The notes under the pieces are model-generated. The model had not been told where the DNA came from. It ran no database searches and saw only the letters and a list, made by a program, of their open reading frames with translations. DNA of 64,000 bases, taken from the NCBI GenBank assembly GCA_016748015.1, contig JAAOMT010000254.1, positions 186,001 through 250,000 on the forward strand, given 5' to 3'. This DNA is from Geosiphon pyriformis uo1 (lineage: Eukaryota > Fungi > Glomeromycota). A program made the position numbers and the translations under genes. Shown here one piece after another: positions 13,415 through 28,249 of this stretch. Position 1 is the first letter of the stretch; every line of letters starts with the position of its first letter.

Positions 13415-14271
13415 TATTACAAGTGATTATTTGGGATCTCGAATCAAATAACAAAATCCATAACTTGGTGCTCAGAAGCTATTTGCAATAATAGTGATCT
13501 GAAGGTATTGTTATCTGAAAGTTTTGAGTTGAGTTCTTTGTATAATAGACAGAAATTTATTTGTTGTCTTTTTAGTAGTTTTTTATAATTGCAATTCTAT
13601 CAAATTTTTTTCTCAACATGATGGCTGGTAATTTGGTAGAAATGCCCTTCTAATAAGCTGTTCTTAAATTCTCAATATTATATTCTTTCTTTGGGGTCTT
13701 TTATCAGACTATTCTTGACATCAATAATTCAGCATGTTTTCTTTAATCAATTAGTAAACAAAAGAAATAACAAAAGAAAAATGCAAATAAAAAAAATAAA
13801 AAAATAAGCCAAGGCAATAAATATTAGTATCCTGTCAATAGTCATAATCAAGAGCTATTGTTTTAAAGTGATTAAGTATCAATTATTATTAACATGAAGT
13901 GTTGATAGTAAAGAGTGGATTGAAATAGTGAATAATTATTTATTAATATTTGTGAATAGAAGGTTGCTAGATCAAATTTACTCTGGGAGATCTGTCTTTT
14001 CTACTTCTAATGCTACCACTATATATACATAATTGAGATTCCTCAATTCTTCAATTTTTCATACCAAAAATCTTGGAATTCCTGAAATTCTGCAATTTTT
14101 TTGAGAAGAATTCTGGAATTCTGAAATCTTGTGATTTTTTGTACAAGAATTCTGAAATTTCTGGAATTCTGCAATTTCTTTGAGAGGAATCCTGGAATTT
14201 CACATTTAATATGACTACTTCTGATTGGCTAATTTATATGCTAATATACTTCCTATATTTTATGAGTAACA
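13415..14271 (-). repeat. 5' LTR of B
   Basis: Direct repeat of 4273-5130, followed on the minus strand by TT and PBS TGGTGCTCTCTGT. Confidence 0.93.
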
Positions 14272-14560
14272 TTGCACCAGCATCTGGCACAAGGGCCATG
14301 CTATTAATAACTGTATTTTGCTTTCTTGTCAGGTTTTCTATCAAAGGTTCTTCTGAAGATATTATAGTAGGACCAGCAGATTAGCTTGCCATTTATCATG
14401 ATTTTTTTTTGTTAGCTTTAACACTGTCCAATGGCTTGCCATTGCTGGTAAAAATAGTATAAGCAAGTTTAGAAGTTTCTTCTTGTTCTTTTTTTTCATT
14501 ACTTTTGTTATCATCTGATTGTTTTTTTTCTTGGTTTTGTTTGGATACTGAAGGGGTTGT

Positions 14561-15007
14561 CTAATGATGACACTTAACCACAATGGGCTTTTCACTACAT
14601 CTGATGGTTAACTCACAAAGTTCATAGTCAAGTAATACTTTGGCTTTTTTGAGCCACTTATTGCCAACAATTATGGTATATTCTTTTGCTTTAGATACTT
14701 CCATGTCAGTTTTAATGCTGATACCATTGATGTAAACAAAAACAGCTTTGGCTATACCCAGATCTTTCTTTTTGTTACTATGTACATTAGTTATTGGTCT
14801 AGTTGAAGATTCATCAATTTTTCTGTCAATTGCTTCAAGAAAATGTTTGGCTATAATGTTAACAGATAATCTACTATCTAAAATCAGATTAATAAAGTAA
14901 CCAGCTACTTGGGCTTTGCAAATTAGAGAAGTAACATTGCTGTTGTTAGCAAGTCTAGCTTGGCAAAAGCACTTCTTGGTTTTTGGAGTTTTCTTCTTTG
15001 GGATCAA
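14561..15007 (-). pseudogene. G aspartic protease
   Basis: LILDSRLSV (decayed DSG) ... TIIVGNKWL. Confidence 0.85.
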
Positions 15008-15559
15008 TAATTTGCAAAGATTTTTTCTAAACTATAGATGAGTCATTAACTGGCCAAAAGTAATATGTGCTGAAGTTTCCATAAAATTTTTCACAACAGA
15101 ATAGGATCCAGATTTTTGTACAATTTCTGGGGGTTCCAACTTTGGAGAATTCTTAAAAACTTTAATTTTTGGTGGCTTATTGTTATCAGCAGTAGAAGTT
15201 AAGGCTTTGTTAGGATCTAGAACAAAATCAACCTTGGCTTTCTTTTTCTTTCTTGTTGAATCAGAAGTGTTGATTACTAGTTTATTTATATTATGATTAT
15301 CATTAGTTAGATTAAAGATGTAAAAGGGGTTTTCTTCTGATTGACTTACACTCTTACTCTTTAGAGGTGCACCTATTAGTTTAAAGACTAATAAACAGTA
15401 GCTTCAACTAAGGAATTCTCTCCAAAAAAATTAATGTTGGCATGATTGAGTCTTTGATTGAGAATATTGTTGTTGATGATTCTGTTGTTTTGATTATCAT
15501 TGTTTTTAGGAGCTGGAGGTGGCTTGCATAGAAGCAGCAAACATGTCTGAAAAGTGAAA

Positions 15560-16851
15560 AATAGCACAAATAATACTGATTCCAAAGCCAAAAAAATGGA
15601 ATAGCAATATTGACATTACCAGACTGGTTACACTTATTAAAAGTACAAGAAAGATCTTAATAAAGATTTTAACTACAAGAATATTAAAAGCATGTGAGCT
15701 TTACAATATCCTAAAAAGTTACAACACTTTTTTTTAAAGAATATTTCTATAGCAGTGCCAATTTATGTAATTAATGCTATTGCTGAGCATGTAAGAGAAT
15801 TTGATAATAAGGCTTGGTTTACATTTTAGGACATAAAAAAAGCATATGACTCAGTGGAATAAAAACCTATGGAAGCTGCACTAAAGAAGATTAAGATGAA
15901 CAATAAGTTTAATAAGCTATTTGGCTTGATACACAACAATAGAAGCAATAAAATCATAACTGAGTTTGGTTTAAGTGATGAATATCAAGTACAAGATAGA
16001 CTGGATCAGGGGAAAATAAGCTCACCCATTATGTAGAAAATTTTCTATGACTCCTTACTGTGTGAAGTAAAAAAGACCAATTATAATCAAGGATACAAAT
16101 TAACAACTGAGTGGAAAAAGTGGGACAATCAACCTGACACACAATTCCTGGCAGTATTAGTAAACCACTTAGTCTTTGTTGATAACACAGTATGGATAGC
16201 TAACTCAAAACAAGAGATGGAGAGTATTCTAAACACAGCCAGTTCCTTCTTTAGAATGATGGATATTGAGATCAACTTAGATAAAACTGAAACAATAGTG
16301 GTCAAATTCTTTAAAAAAAATTCAGTATTGGTTAAACCACTAAAATTTGGACCAAACAAACAAACCTTGAAATTGTTAGATCTGTCTACATACACCTAAT
16401 ATTTGGGGGTATGAATTAAAGCTAATAGAAAAAATGAGACCATGCTAAAAATAATAGGATCTGATATTGAAGCAGTGTATAAGATTATTAGGAAAAAACA
16501 CATTACTAAAAAACAGGCAATTTATATCTTTAACAGTGTACTCAATATAACAATAGAATTTAGATTTCAATTGACTTATATTCCAAATGATTAGGCCAAA
16601 AGATGAACTTTAAAGATCTCAGCTACTGTAAAAAAAAAAGTGAAACTGTCAGTAGATTTCCCAGCCAGTGCCATGCATTACTTATCTCTGTACAACCTGT
16701 TCAAAATTGATGACATACAAGCAAAAAGCAAGATCACAGATCTGTTGGTTAGATTGAACAGTAATAATATTGCTGGAATGACTACAAAAATCAGACTAGC
16801 CAACTTGCAAGCACAAAAATGATTAGCTCAAAGTGTACTTGAACATTCCAC
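15560..16851 (+). pseudogene. LINE reverse transcriptase, disrupted
   Basis: DIKKAYDSV, LDQGKISSP, IFYDSLL, LVFVDNTVW (decayed FVDD), INLDKT, YLGV. Confidence 0.9.
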
Positions 16852-17821
16852 TATTACCAGTAAAATTTTAGCTATTAATTAGCATAAAATGACCCTTATA
16901 ATTTCTATTATTAATTAGCATATTATTATTATTTCGAATATCACTTATTATTTAATCAAATTATTAAATATTATTATTCAATCAATAATCCGATTTGTAT
17001 TATAAAAATTAAGATGATCAAATTACACAATATCCTAAACCATTTAACATAATCAAAATTTGTCAAAATTAATGAAGATTGGCCGAAATAATCAATAGTT
17101 CAGTGAAATAACTTGTAGTTTGCCAAAATGTATTTTTAGTTTACCCAAATTGTAGCAAAGAGAAAAATGCAAATTCAAAAACTAGTAATACAACAAGTTG
17201 TATAAAAGAAGAGCTTTTTTCTTTAAAAAAATGTATCTTCTTATAGTATATTACTATAGTATCTTACTTTATATATCTTAATTGAAACAAATCACCTTTT
17301 ACACATTTCAAATAAAAATTAAATATTCAAAACCAAAATCTTTTGATTATTGCACTTGAAATTTTCTCAACACAACTAATGTTTTGAAATTGATTAGCTA
17401 CCAATTTCAATAATCTGTTAATGACTCCAAATCTGAATAGAAAACGTTTCTCTTGTTAGAATTTTATTTCTTTTACATTTCCTTTATTTTTCTTTTTTTT
17501 TCTTATTATAATTATTAGGGTAGTCTACAAACGAGATTTCTGTAGAAGAGTTGACTTTTACAGCAAAGTAACTACACATTTTTAGTAAGCTTCCAAATGA
17601 GCAATTTTTAGGAAAGAGTTGATATTTACTACAACATAACTACACAAAGCAACTGGCACAGAATTGGTTATTCTACTTATAAGTCCAGTGGTTCAAATTA
17701 TAGGAGATAATTTGAAAATAAATTCAGTTACTGGAAGTCCAACTACTTTCTGAGAACATAAATTCACAGCAAATAAACATTAACCACATTCAAGAAGAGA
17801 GACCAAAAACCTCCAGTAACA
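16852..17821 (+). repeat. 5' LTR of C
   Basis: Direct repeat of 35549-36517; ends TAACA, then TT-TGGTGCTC. Confidence 0.95.
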
Positions 17822-17866
17822 TTTGGTGCTCTTCCATAGAAATAACACAGCAACAACAAATTCAAA

Positions 17867-20200
17867 ATGACAACCATATCAGACACAACAACTCTAGAGT
17901 ATTATCAGTTAATTTACACTCACTGCAAGCAAAGATTCAACATCCCAGACAGAATTGAAGTTGTCAAGAAATCAGTATATCAATACATTAAAAACTGTAT
18001 CAACAATTATCTTTTTGAAAACTACAATATTTCAAAAGTTAGAAGCAACCTCTACAATAATTTAGTGCACTATTCACAATTAAAAACAGAAGACCTGAAC
18101 AGTGAAACTCTTGCCATCTACTTCCAGGAACTTAACTTTAGCATTATTCAGTATTGTGAAGAAAAATACCCAGTACAGTTTAGATATTTTATTGACTTTG
18201 AATTAAAAACAGAAACAAGCAACAGAGGCAAACAAAAACTAAAGCAACATTCAAGCACCACTTCAACCATCCCAAAGACACCAAAAATAACTGCCAAACA
18301 CTTGCAAACTCCAGAACAAGGAACCAGCACCAGACTTCTACTCTTAGTTACACCCTTTTTAATTTTACTTGCTTAACCATAAACACCAAATTCACTATTT
18401 ATCTATTTCTCAAGACCAGAAGATTTTCAGTTATCCAAAAGTCCTACTCAACAGCAAGAACTCATATCAACTAGCATCAATATTATTGATTACTTGCAAA
18501 AAAACGAAAGTAATCATTCAGAGAACTTGGAAAGTGAGAAAACTGAATCAGAACAAGAAAAAACTACAGAAAACGAAGAAGAAATGGCCACTGCTTATAT
18601 TGCAAAAATCCCAGAATTTACTGGTAAAAATAATGATACCAGCCCTTAAGAATGGCTTGATAAAGTCCAGAAAGCAGGAAATGCAAATGGTTGAAATGCA
18701 GCAAGAATGCTCAAAACAATCTCATACTTTTTCCAAGGAACTGCAAAAGAATGGTTTGAAAACTTAGAAGAATTATTTGAAAACTGGCAAGCATTTAAAG
18801 ATGCTTTCTTACAACAATTCACTGACAACAACACCTCTATCACTCTCCAAAATTGCTTTCACAATATCAAACAAGAAACATTTGAAACTGTTATAACCTA
18901 TTTGGGGAGATTTAACAAACTTTTTTGATGAATTCAACAATTAGAAACCAATAAATACTATTCCAATACCCAGATTTTGAATTAGTTTATAGCAGGATTA
19001 AAGGACAAATTAATCAAGAAAGTTTACCTACATGCTCCAGAAGATTTAGTAACAGCTATTAGACATACAAAGAACTATAAAATGGCAATAGAAGAAACAA
19101 ATTATACCAAACTTGTAAATTTTGCTATTGGAGAAACCAGCTCAGCAGCTGAAAAAAATTGACCAACTTACAAAGAAGATTGAAAACTATTTCACCAACC
19201 AGCAACAATAGCAACAACCACAAAGATATTAGCCACCACAATAACAAAACCAAACCAACTACTAATTCTCATCAAACAGCCAAAACCAAAGTTGTTACTA
19301 TAGTGAAATTCTAAGACATTGGAAACGAGATTGTAGAAAGTTACAAAGAAACCAACAAAACAAGAGTAATCAACATTATTTTTCAACACAACAATTTTAT
19401 TATCAGCTTCTACTACCAGCTTACTATTCCTCAAGACTCTAACAGCAAACCAATTACTATTAACTTGCTCCACAGCAACAATATCAACAATTTCCACCAA
19501 TTCAACAGTATCAGCCACTTACACAACAATATCAAGTACCAGCCCAAAAATTGGTTCAACATAACCAATTTACACCTCAAAATCAGTTTCAGAATAACAA
19601 CAACAGAATCAATCTAAATAACCAGTTGGTTTCTCGAAATTCTGGTCAGCAAAGACCCAATTACTATCACATTCAATCCAGTTATCTTATAATGCTTGAA
19701 GGATTGGATTTTCAACAAACTACACTTTCCAAAGGTGAAGTTGCAGTACCAAGATTAAACCCTTCCAATCATACTATCCCACCAGCCCAAATTGCCCAAA
19801 ATGCCAACCTTTTAGATATATTTCCATTTGAATTTGAAGCCAATGAATTACCATTCTTGCTTAGCAATGCAGCAGTTAATGAACAAAAAACAATCACTGC
19901 TATGTATACAGAAACTGAAGTAAAAGAAAAACCAATTCGGTTAATCTTAGACAGTAGATCAGCTAGAAGTATTATTACTTACCAGTTAATGCAACAGCTT
20001 CAAAAAACTGTTGACAGACCAGCCCAAACTGTAATTGTTATAGCAGATAGTATAAAAAAAACACTAGCAAGAGAAATTGACAATTTTTTATTCACAATTA
20101 ATGGAATCACCATTCCAGTTAAAGTTCTAGTTATGGATGCACTCCAATATTAAGCTCTCATTGAAAATGATTGGCTTCTTAAGGCCAATGCAAATTTAGA
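17867..20200 (+). pseudogene. C gag and protease, disrupted
   Basis: MATAYIAKIPEF, FFQGTAKEWF, FIAGLKDKL, decayed CYYxEILRHWKRDC knuckle, LILDSRSARSII. Confidence 0.9.
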
Positions 20201-21254
20201 TTGGAAAACCCAGGAATTAAAGATTTCATATCAAGGGCAATACACTAGAGTATTTGCCATCTGTGGTACTTTTAATAAAAAAACTGAAAAAGCCCCAGTA
20301 TTCAAATTTGAAGAGGAGAAAAAACTACCAGTCACTGAAACTTTTATGGCTCTTGGATTACCATCCAATTGGGTTGAAGAAACAGAAAAAAAAATTTTTG
20401 AGAAGACCAGAGGATAGAATATAGTTAGATATTCTACACCAGAATCACAAAAACAACTACTCTACATCCCACTCAAATGCAAAGATTGCAACAAGAAACT
20501 TTTATCAATAGGAGCATGTATTTCTCCAAAAGAAGAATATGAAACTCATACCTGCTACTTTTGCAAAGCATGTCATAGAAAACAATTTAGATATTCCAAA
20601 AGGAATGGAAAATGAGACAACACTCTTTGTTTTACTTGTGGAGATATGCTACCAGAAGAATGCAACTGGATTGATGTTGCAATAAGAGGAAGAGTATGTG
20701 ACCAAACCTGCCAATATGCCCTATCAATTTCGGAAAAAGTTAAAAAAGAAACACCTTTTGATGCAGCATACAACAGTGCTTTCAACAAACTTTATCACTA
20801 TTCTCATAATGCTGAAATGATCTTTGATTTAGCAATGGCTTTAATTAATAGAGCTACACAAGAAGATGTCCAACAAATAAAAGAAGCTGAGTACATTGAA
20901 TACACAATAGAATTAACTGGATTCAACTATAAAGATGAAGTAGAGACATACCACCAAATTGCAAGCCACACATACCCAACCCAAGAAGCTTAAATTCCAT
21001 AATTAAAGCAAATGAATATTCAATTGTGTGAAGAATGCATCATGTCTTGTAATGACAAATGGTGTCCAGAATGCTATGCTCTTAATATTTCCTTGCCCAG
21101 TGAAAATGACCAGGAAGAAATTGAATTTGGGAAACTAGAAACAAAAGAAAAAATTACAACAACACCAATCTATTTTACTGAAAACCAGCCTGCTATACAA
21201 TTCAAATACTTTGACAACAATGAACAAGGAATAAAACTAGAAAAAGCCCATGAA

Positions 21255-21630
21255 ATTGATGTAGGATATGACTTTAGATATCTTAACAAAACACTTTGGT
21301 TCTTCAACCAAAATCTTTAACTAAAATCAATCTCAAAATTGCTCTAAAAATACTACCAGGAGCAATAGTACAAATTGCTTCTTGATTATTATTGGCAAGC
21401 AAAAAAATCAATGTTAAAAGAAAAATTATAGATGCAGGATATACTGGAGATATCACTGTCATGCTACAAAACAAAACTGAGAAACCATTCAAAATAGAAC
21501 ATGCTAAAAAAATTGCCCAAGCAATTTACCTACTCTTAATCAACATTTTAGGTTTACAATCAGTTAAAAACAGAAAACAATTGGGAAAAAGTGAAAGAGG
21601 AACTCAAGGTTTTGGTTCAACTGGACGATT
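21255..21630 (+). pseudogene. C dUTPase domain
   Basis: DVGYDF, IIDAGYTGDI, KIAQAIY, RGTQGFGSTG. Confidence 0.9.
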
Positions 21631-22099
21631 TACAATGCCAGTAAACATAGCTCTCAATGCACAGAATAAATCTTACCAGATTCTTCAACTTCTCTAACCA
21701 ATTATCATTTTACCTTTTGGAAAACATCACAAAATTTACACTTGCTCAAAACCCACCACTACCCAACAAATCTGTTTATGAAATCTCAATCCCAAACATT
21801 TATATTTTCAAAAGAATGAAAAAATTTCAAGTTACATTCTACAACTCCAATAATTATCCTATTGTCTTATTAAATAAATTAAAGATTGGAATCATACACA
21901 GCAATATCTTCCAAGATAAAAACCCTCAAATTGTCTCTAATTTCATCGAAATTATAAGACATACACTATTTCCAAATCCAAACATCATCTCTACTACTAA
22001 AAACTATCATTTTTTGAAAAAAAACTTTCTTAAATCAACATGAGTCCCTTAGAACCTCAACAACAAAGACAATTAAAACAGCTAATAGCTGAATTTGCT

Positions 22100-22940
22100 A
22101 ACATATTTGTAAAAGACAACAATGACCTTAAAAAAACTGATATTATTCAACATTAAATCTACACAGAAAATGCTCCATCAAAATGTCAACAAGCTTATCA
22201 AGTGCCACCTGCCAGCCACCAATTCATTAGAGAAGAAGTTTAGAGAATGCTCAATAATAAATTAATTCAACTATCAAAAAGTTCTTGGGCCTCACCAGTA
22301 GTCCTTGTTAAAAAGAAAAATAGAAAAATCAGATTTTGTGTTGACTATCACCAACTAAACAGTGTAACAATTGGAGATGCTTACCCTTTTCCAAGAATTA
22401 ATAACATGCTAAATGCTCTAGGAAAAGCCAAGTTTTTCTCAACTTTAGACTTGGAAAGTGGATACTGACAAGTCAAAATGGACCCAAAAGATCAATCCAA
22501 AACAGTATTTACTACTCAAGAAGAAAACTATAAGTTCAATGTTATGCCTTTTGAACTCTGCAATACACCAGCAACATTCTAACAACTCATGAATGTTGTA
22601 TATGAAGGACTCTTGTGGCAATCAGTAATTGTCTATTTGGATAATACTAATGTGTACTTACCAAGCTTTGAAGCTTATCTCATTTACCTGTGAGAAGTTT
22701 TTAATGATTACAGAAAGCAAGATTAAAGTTAAACATTGAGAAATGTCACTTTGAAAAAACAAGTTTAATCTTTCTTGGACACATTGTTAGCAAAGATAGA
22801 ATTAAACCAAATTCTGGAACAATCAGTGCTTTTAAAAACTTTCAAACATCCAGAAATACCCACAGAACTATAAGGATTTGTAAGATTAGCTTCCTACTAT
22901 TAAAAATTCATAAAAAGATTCTCAGAAATTGCCAAACCAC
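22100..22940 (+). pseudogene. C reverse transcriptase (continues after D at 32756-33260 into RNase H)
   Basis: WASPVVLVKKK..RFCVDY, FSTLDLESGY, YLDN; frame K-P-L-N is restored across the D insertion. Confidence 0.92.
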
Positions 22941-23925
22941 TGTTATCAGACGAAATTAGAAATATTGTTTAGCATGAAATTACCTTTATAAATCTTATCA
23001 TTAATTAGCATATATTATCATTTCAAATTATCACTTATTATATTAGCAAAATGTCCAAAATTATCATTTAATTAATAACCCAATTTGTACATAACACAAA
23101 TGTAACCTAAGTACAATGATCAATCATGCAATACCCCAAAATATGTAACATTCAAAAGTTTGCTGAAATTTGTAGAAATTTGCCAAAATAATTGATAGTT
23201 CACCAAAATATCTAATAGTTCACAGAAATAACTTGTAGTTCGCCAAAATGTATCTTTAGTTTGGCAAAATTGTAGAAAAGAGCAAAGTTCAAGTTCATAG
23301 AATAGTGTTACAACAAGTTGTATAAAAGAAGAGCTTCTCTCTTTGAGAAAATGTATCTTACTTCAGATTAAACAATTAGAATCACCCTTTACACACAAAA
23401 ACAAAATAACTATCAAATAAATTTGAAAAGCCAAATTCTTAATTATTTCTCTTGAAATTAACCAATTCCTATTAACAGTTTGAAATTGATTAGCTACCAA
23501 TTTTAGTAAACTGTTAAAGCACTTCCAGGCCTGGATCCGAAATGACTTCCATAAATCACCAGTTTTACTTTTCTTTTACATTTCTTTTATTCTTTTTAAT
23601 TTCTTATTATAAATTATTTGAGTAGCCTACAAACAAGGATTCCTGTAGAAGAGTTGACTTTCACAGCAAAGTAACTACACATTTTTAGTGAGCTTTCAGA
23701 TGAGCAATTTCTGGGAAAGAGTTGACATTTACTACAATGTAACTATACAAAGTAACTGGCACAGAATTGGCCATTCCACTTATAAGTCCAGCAGTTTAAA
23801 TTATAGGAAATAATTTGAAGATAAAATTCAGTTATCGGAGGTTCAAACACTTCCCATAGTCGTGAATTAACAGCATTACAATAAACATACAAGAGCTAAG
23901 AAGAGACCAAAAACCTCCGGTAATA
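22941..23925 (+). repeat. 5' LTR of D
   Basis: Same length as, and colinear with, 31771-32755. Confidence 0.95.
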
Positions 23926-23970
23926 TTTGGTGCTCTCCTATGGAAACAACACAGCAAAAACAACTTCAAA

Positions 23971-26320
23971 GTGGTGACCACACCAAATGCAACAACTCTA
24001 AAGTATTACCAGTCAATTTACACCCACTGCAAGCAAAGATTCAACATTCCAGACGGAATTGAAGTTGTCAAGAAATCAGTATACCAATACATTGAAAACC
24101 ACATCAACAATTATCTTTTTGGAAATTACAATATCTCAGAAGTTAGAAGCAACCTTTACAATAATTTAGTACACTATTCACAGTTGGGAACTGAAGACCT
24201 TAACAGTGAAACACTTGCCACTTACTTTCAAGAACTTAATTTTAACATTATCAAGTACTGTGAAAAAACATATCCAGTGCAGTCTCAATACTCTATTGAT
24301 TTTGAATCAGAGACTGACACAAGCAACAAAGGCAAACAAAAATTGAAGCAATACTCAAAAACCACCCCAAATATTCCAATACTACCAAAAACAACTGCCA
24401 AACACTTACAAACACCTGAACAAGGAACCAGCTCAAAACTTTTACTTACTATCACACTTTTTCTAGCTTTACTTACACAAGCACAAACACCTAATTCACC
24501 CTTAAATCGATTTGCAAGACTAGAAGATTTTACATCACTCAGAAGTCCCACCAGACAACAAGAACCCCTTCAAACTAGTTCCAATCTCCTTGACTTTCTA
24601 GCTGAAAATTGAAGTGAACACTCTGAGACAACAGTAAATGAAGAAAACGACTCTGAAATATTTGAAAAAGAATCAATAGACAGTGAAAACAAAGAAGACA
24701 AAATGACAGCATACATTGCAAAAATCCCTGAATTTAATGGAGAAGACATTAAGACCAGTCTCCAAGAATGGCTCGACCAAGTTACTAAAGCTGGAGATGC
24801 AAATGGATGGAATGCTGCCAGAATGTTAAGAACAATTCTTTACTTTCTCAAAAGAACAGCAGATGAATGGTTCGAAAACTTGACCACCCCTTTTAATGAC
24901 TGGACAGCTTTCAAAACTGCCTTCTTAGAACAATTCACCAATAACAACACCTCAATTACACTTCAAAATCATTTTCACAATATCAAACAAGAACTCTCCA
25001 AATCTGTCATGACTTATATTGGGAAATTCAACAAACTTTTTAGACGAATTCGCCAACTTGAAACTAATGATTATTATTCCAATGCTCAAATCTTGGATCA
25101 ATTTATTGCTGGTTTAAAAGATAAACTGATTAAAAAGGTTTGCCCACATGCTTCAGAAGATTTAAACTCTGCCATTCAGCATGCAAAGAAATATGAAATG
25201 GCCATGAAAGAAGCCAATCGTACAAAACTTGTGAACTTAGCCATTAGAGAGACCAGCTCAGCAGCTAAAAAAAAATTGACCAACTCACAAAAAAAGTCGA
25301 AAACTATTTCACCAACCAACAACAACAGCAATCCCAAAGATATCAACTACCCCAAAGACAGAATTAAAACAACTTTGTATTATCCTCTAATAACCAGTCT
25401 CAGAATTGCCATTACTGTGGAATTCCTGGCAACTGGAAAAGAGATTGCAGAAAGCTACAACGAGATTAACAAAACAGGAGTAATTAATGTTATCCTTTGC
25501 CACAACAATTTTATTACCAATCACTACTACTATTAGCTTACTATTCATCAAGACTGCAATATTAAACTGACTACTATTAACCTGCTCCACAGCCAATGCA
25601 ACAATAATATCGACAACCCATTCAATATTACCAAGTACCTGCTCGAAGATTGGTTCAACAAAACCAATTTGCACCACAAAACCAATTTGCAACAAACAAC
25701 AACAGAATCAACCCAAATAACCAATTAGTTCCCCGAAATCTAGCTCAACAAGATTCATTCATTATTATACTCAACCTAGCTATCTTACAATACCTGAAGA
25801 ACAGGATTTTTACCATACTGCACTCTCAGAAGGTAGAGCTACAGCACGACAACAAAACTCTTCCTATACTCCTACCACAATTCTACCAGCCAGAATTGCT
25901 GAAAATGCCAACCTTTCAGATATATTCTCTTTTGAGTTTGAAGCAAATAAGTCACCATTCCTGCTTAGCAATACAACCGCCAATAAACAAAAAGCAATTA
26001 CTGCTATGTACACTAAAGCAAAAATTAAAAAAAAGACAATTCACTTGATCCTAGACAATAGATCCACTGGAAGCATCATTACCTACCAGTTAATGCAACA
26101 GTTAAAGAGAAATGCTGACTGACCAGCTCAAACAGTAATCATTACTGCCAATGGCATAAAAAAGACTCCAGTAGGAGAAATTGACAATTTTCTATTCATT
26201 CTCGATGGAATCACCATTCTAGTCAAAGTTCTTATAATGGATGCGCCCCAGTATTAAGCCCTTGTCAGAAATGATTGGCTCCAAAAAGCCAATGCAAAAT
26301 TAGACTGGAAAACCCAAGAA
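23971..26320 (+). pseudogene. D gag and protease, disrupted
   Basis: ORFs 23971-24612 and 24703-25536 are in one frame; CHYCGIPGNWKRDC knuckle; LILDNRSTGSII. Confidence 0.9.
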
Positions 26321-27379
26321 TTACAACTCTTCTATCAAGGACAACATGCCCGAGTATCTACTACTTGTGGTATATTCAACAAACAATCAGAGAAAGCTCC
26401 TGTCTTTGAATTTGAAGAAAAGGAAGAAAAGCCTGTAGTCAAAACATTTATGGCACTTGAATCAACATCTAACTGGGCTGAAGAAACTGAGCAAATGTAT
26501 TTTGCAACAAACTCATATCCAAAGGAACCAGAAACCTCTGGATGAAACATCTCATATTCTAAACCAGAACCAAAAAAACGACACTCTTACATTCTGCTCA
26601 AATGCAAAGACTGTTACAAGAAACTCTTCTTAATGGAAGCCTGCATTTCACCTGAAGAAGAATATGAAAATCATACTTGTTATTACTGCAAGACTTGCCA
26701 CAGAGAATGATGGAGCCATCTAATAAAAAGAAGTGGAAAATAGGACAACACCCCTTGTTTGACTTGTGGAGATATGCTACTGGAAGAATGCAATTGGATT
26801 GATGTAGCAATGAGAAGAGGAGTCTGTAATCAGACCTGCCAATATGCTTTATCAATTTCAAAAAAAGTCAAAAGAGAAACACCCTTTGATGCAACATACA
26901 ACAGTGCTCTTAACAAACTTTATTACTACTTCCATGATGTTGAGATGATTTTTGACTTAGCAATGGCATTAGTTAATGGAGCTACCAAAAAAAATGTCCA
27001 TCAAATGAAAAAAGCAGAATACATTGAATACACTATAGAATTAGCTGGATTTAATTACAAAGATAAAGTAAAAGTCTACCACCAAATTGCAAGTCACACT
27101 TACCCAATCCAAGAAGCTCAAATTCAATGATTAGAACAAATAAACATTAAGCTATGTGAAGAATGCATTATGTTTTGTAATGAACAGTGGTGTCCTGAAT
27201 GCTATGCTTTTAGCATTTTTCTGCCCAGTGAAAATGATGAAAATGAAATTGAATTTGGAGAACCTGAAGCAACAGAAAAAATTGAAGCAACACCCATTTA
27301 TCTTATCAAAAATCAGCCTTCCTTACAACTCAAATACTTCAACAACAATGGACAAGGAATAAAACCTGAAAAAGCACAT

Positions 27380-27755
27380 GAAATTGATGCTAAATATGAC
27401 TTAAGATATCCAAACAAGGATACTCTTGTTCTCAAACCCAAATCTCTTACAAAAATCAACCTTAAAATTGCCCTTGAAATCCTGCCAGGAGCAATGATTC
27501 AAATCGTCTCCTGGTCTTCTCTGGCAAGCAAAGGAATCAATATTAGAGAAGAAATAATCAATGCTGGATATACTTGATATAACAGTAATACTCCAAAATG
27601 AAACCAATAAATCTTTCAAGATTAAACATGCTGAAAAAATTGCCCAAGCTATATACTTACCCCTAATTAACATTTCGGGTTTGCAACTAGTTAATCAAAG
27701 AGAACAATTAGGAAAAAGCAATAGAGGAACCCAAGGTTTTAGTTCAACTGGATGA
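27380..27755 (+). pseudogene. D dUTPase domain
   Basis: DAKYDL, SWSSLA, IINAGYT, KIAQAIY, RGTQGFSSTG. Confidence 0.9.
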
Positions 27756-28249
27756 TTCACAGTTCTAGTAAACATAGCTCTTAATGCACAAAATGAATCT
27801 CACCAGATTCTATGACTTCCACAATCAATTACTATTTCACCCTTTAGAAAACATCCAGAAATCTACACCTGCCCAAAGCCAATAACTGCACAACAAATTT
27901 TTGAGTCCAATGAACAAATCTGCTTGGAACATAATATCTCGATCCCAAATATTTACATTCTAGAAGAAACAAAGAAAGTCCGAGTTACTTTTTACAATCC
28001 CAACAATTACTCCATAGTTTTATTAAATAACATAGAAATTGGAGTTATTCACAGTAACATCTTTCAACAAGAATTACCTCAGACAGTTCCCAATTTTTCA
28101 GAAATTATTGAACATTTACTACCAAAAATCAACCCAAATCCCAGTTCTGAAAACTACCATGTTGTCATAGAAAAACTATCTCAAATCAACATGGGACAAC
28201 TTGAACCACAACAACAGAACTAGCTTAAAGAGCTAATTGCAGAATTTGC

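Larger units (their letters stand above)
4273..14271 (-). mobile_element. Structurally complete Ty3/Gypsy family B element (10.0 kb) with dUTPase, inserted in G pol
   Basis: LTR pair 4273-5130 and 13415-14271; PBS 13398-13412; PPT 5131-5146. Flanks TCAC (4269-4272) and TTGC (14272-14275) are consistent with a 4-bp TSD TCGC decayed at its CpG; removing the element restores the host frame (W-C-D-K). Confidence 0.93.
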
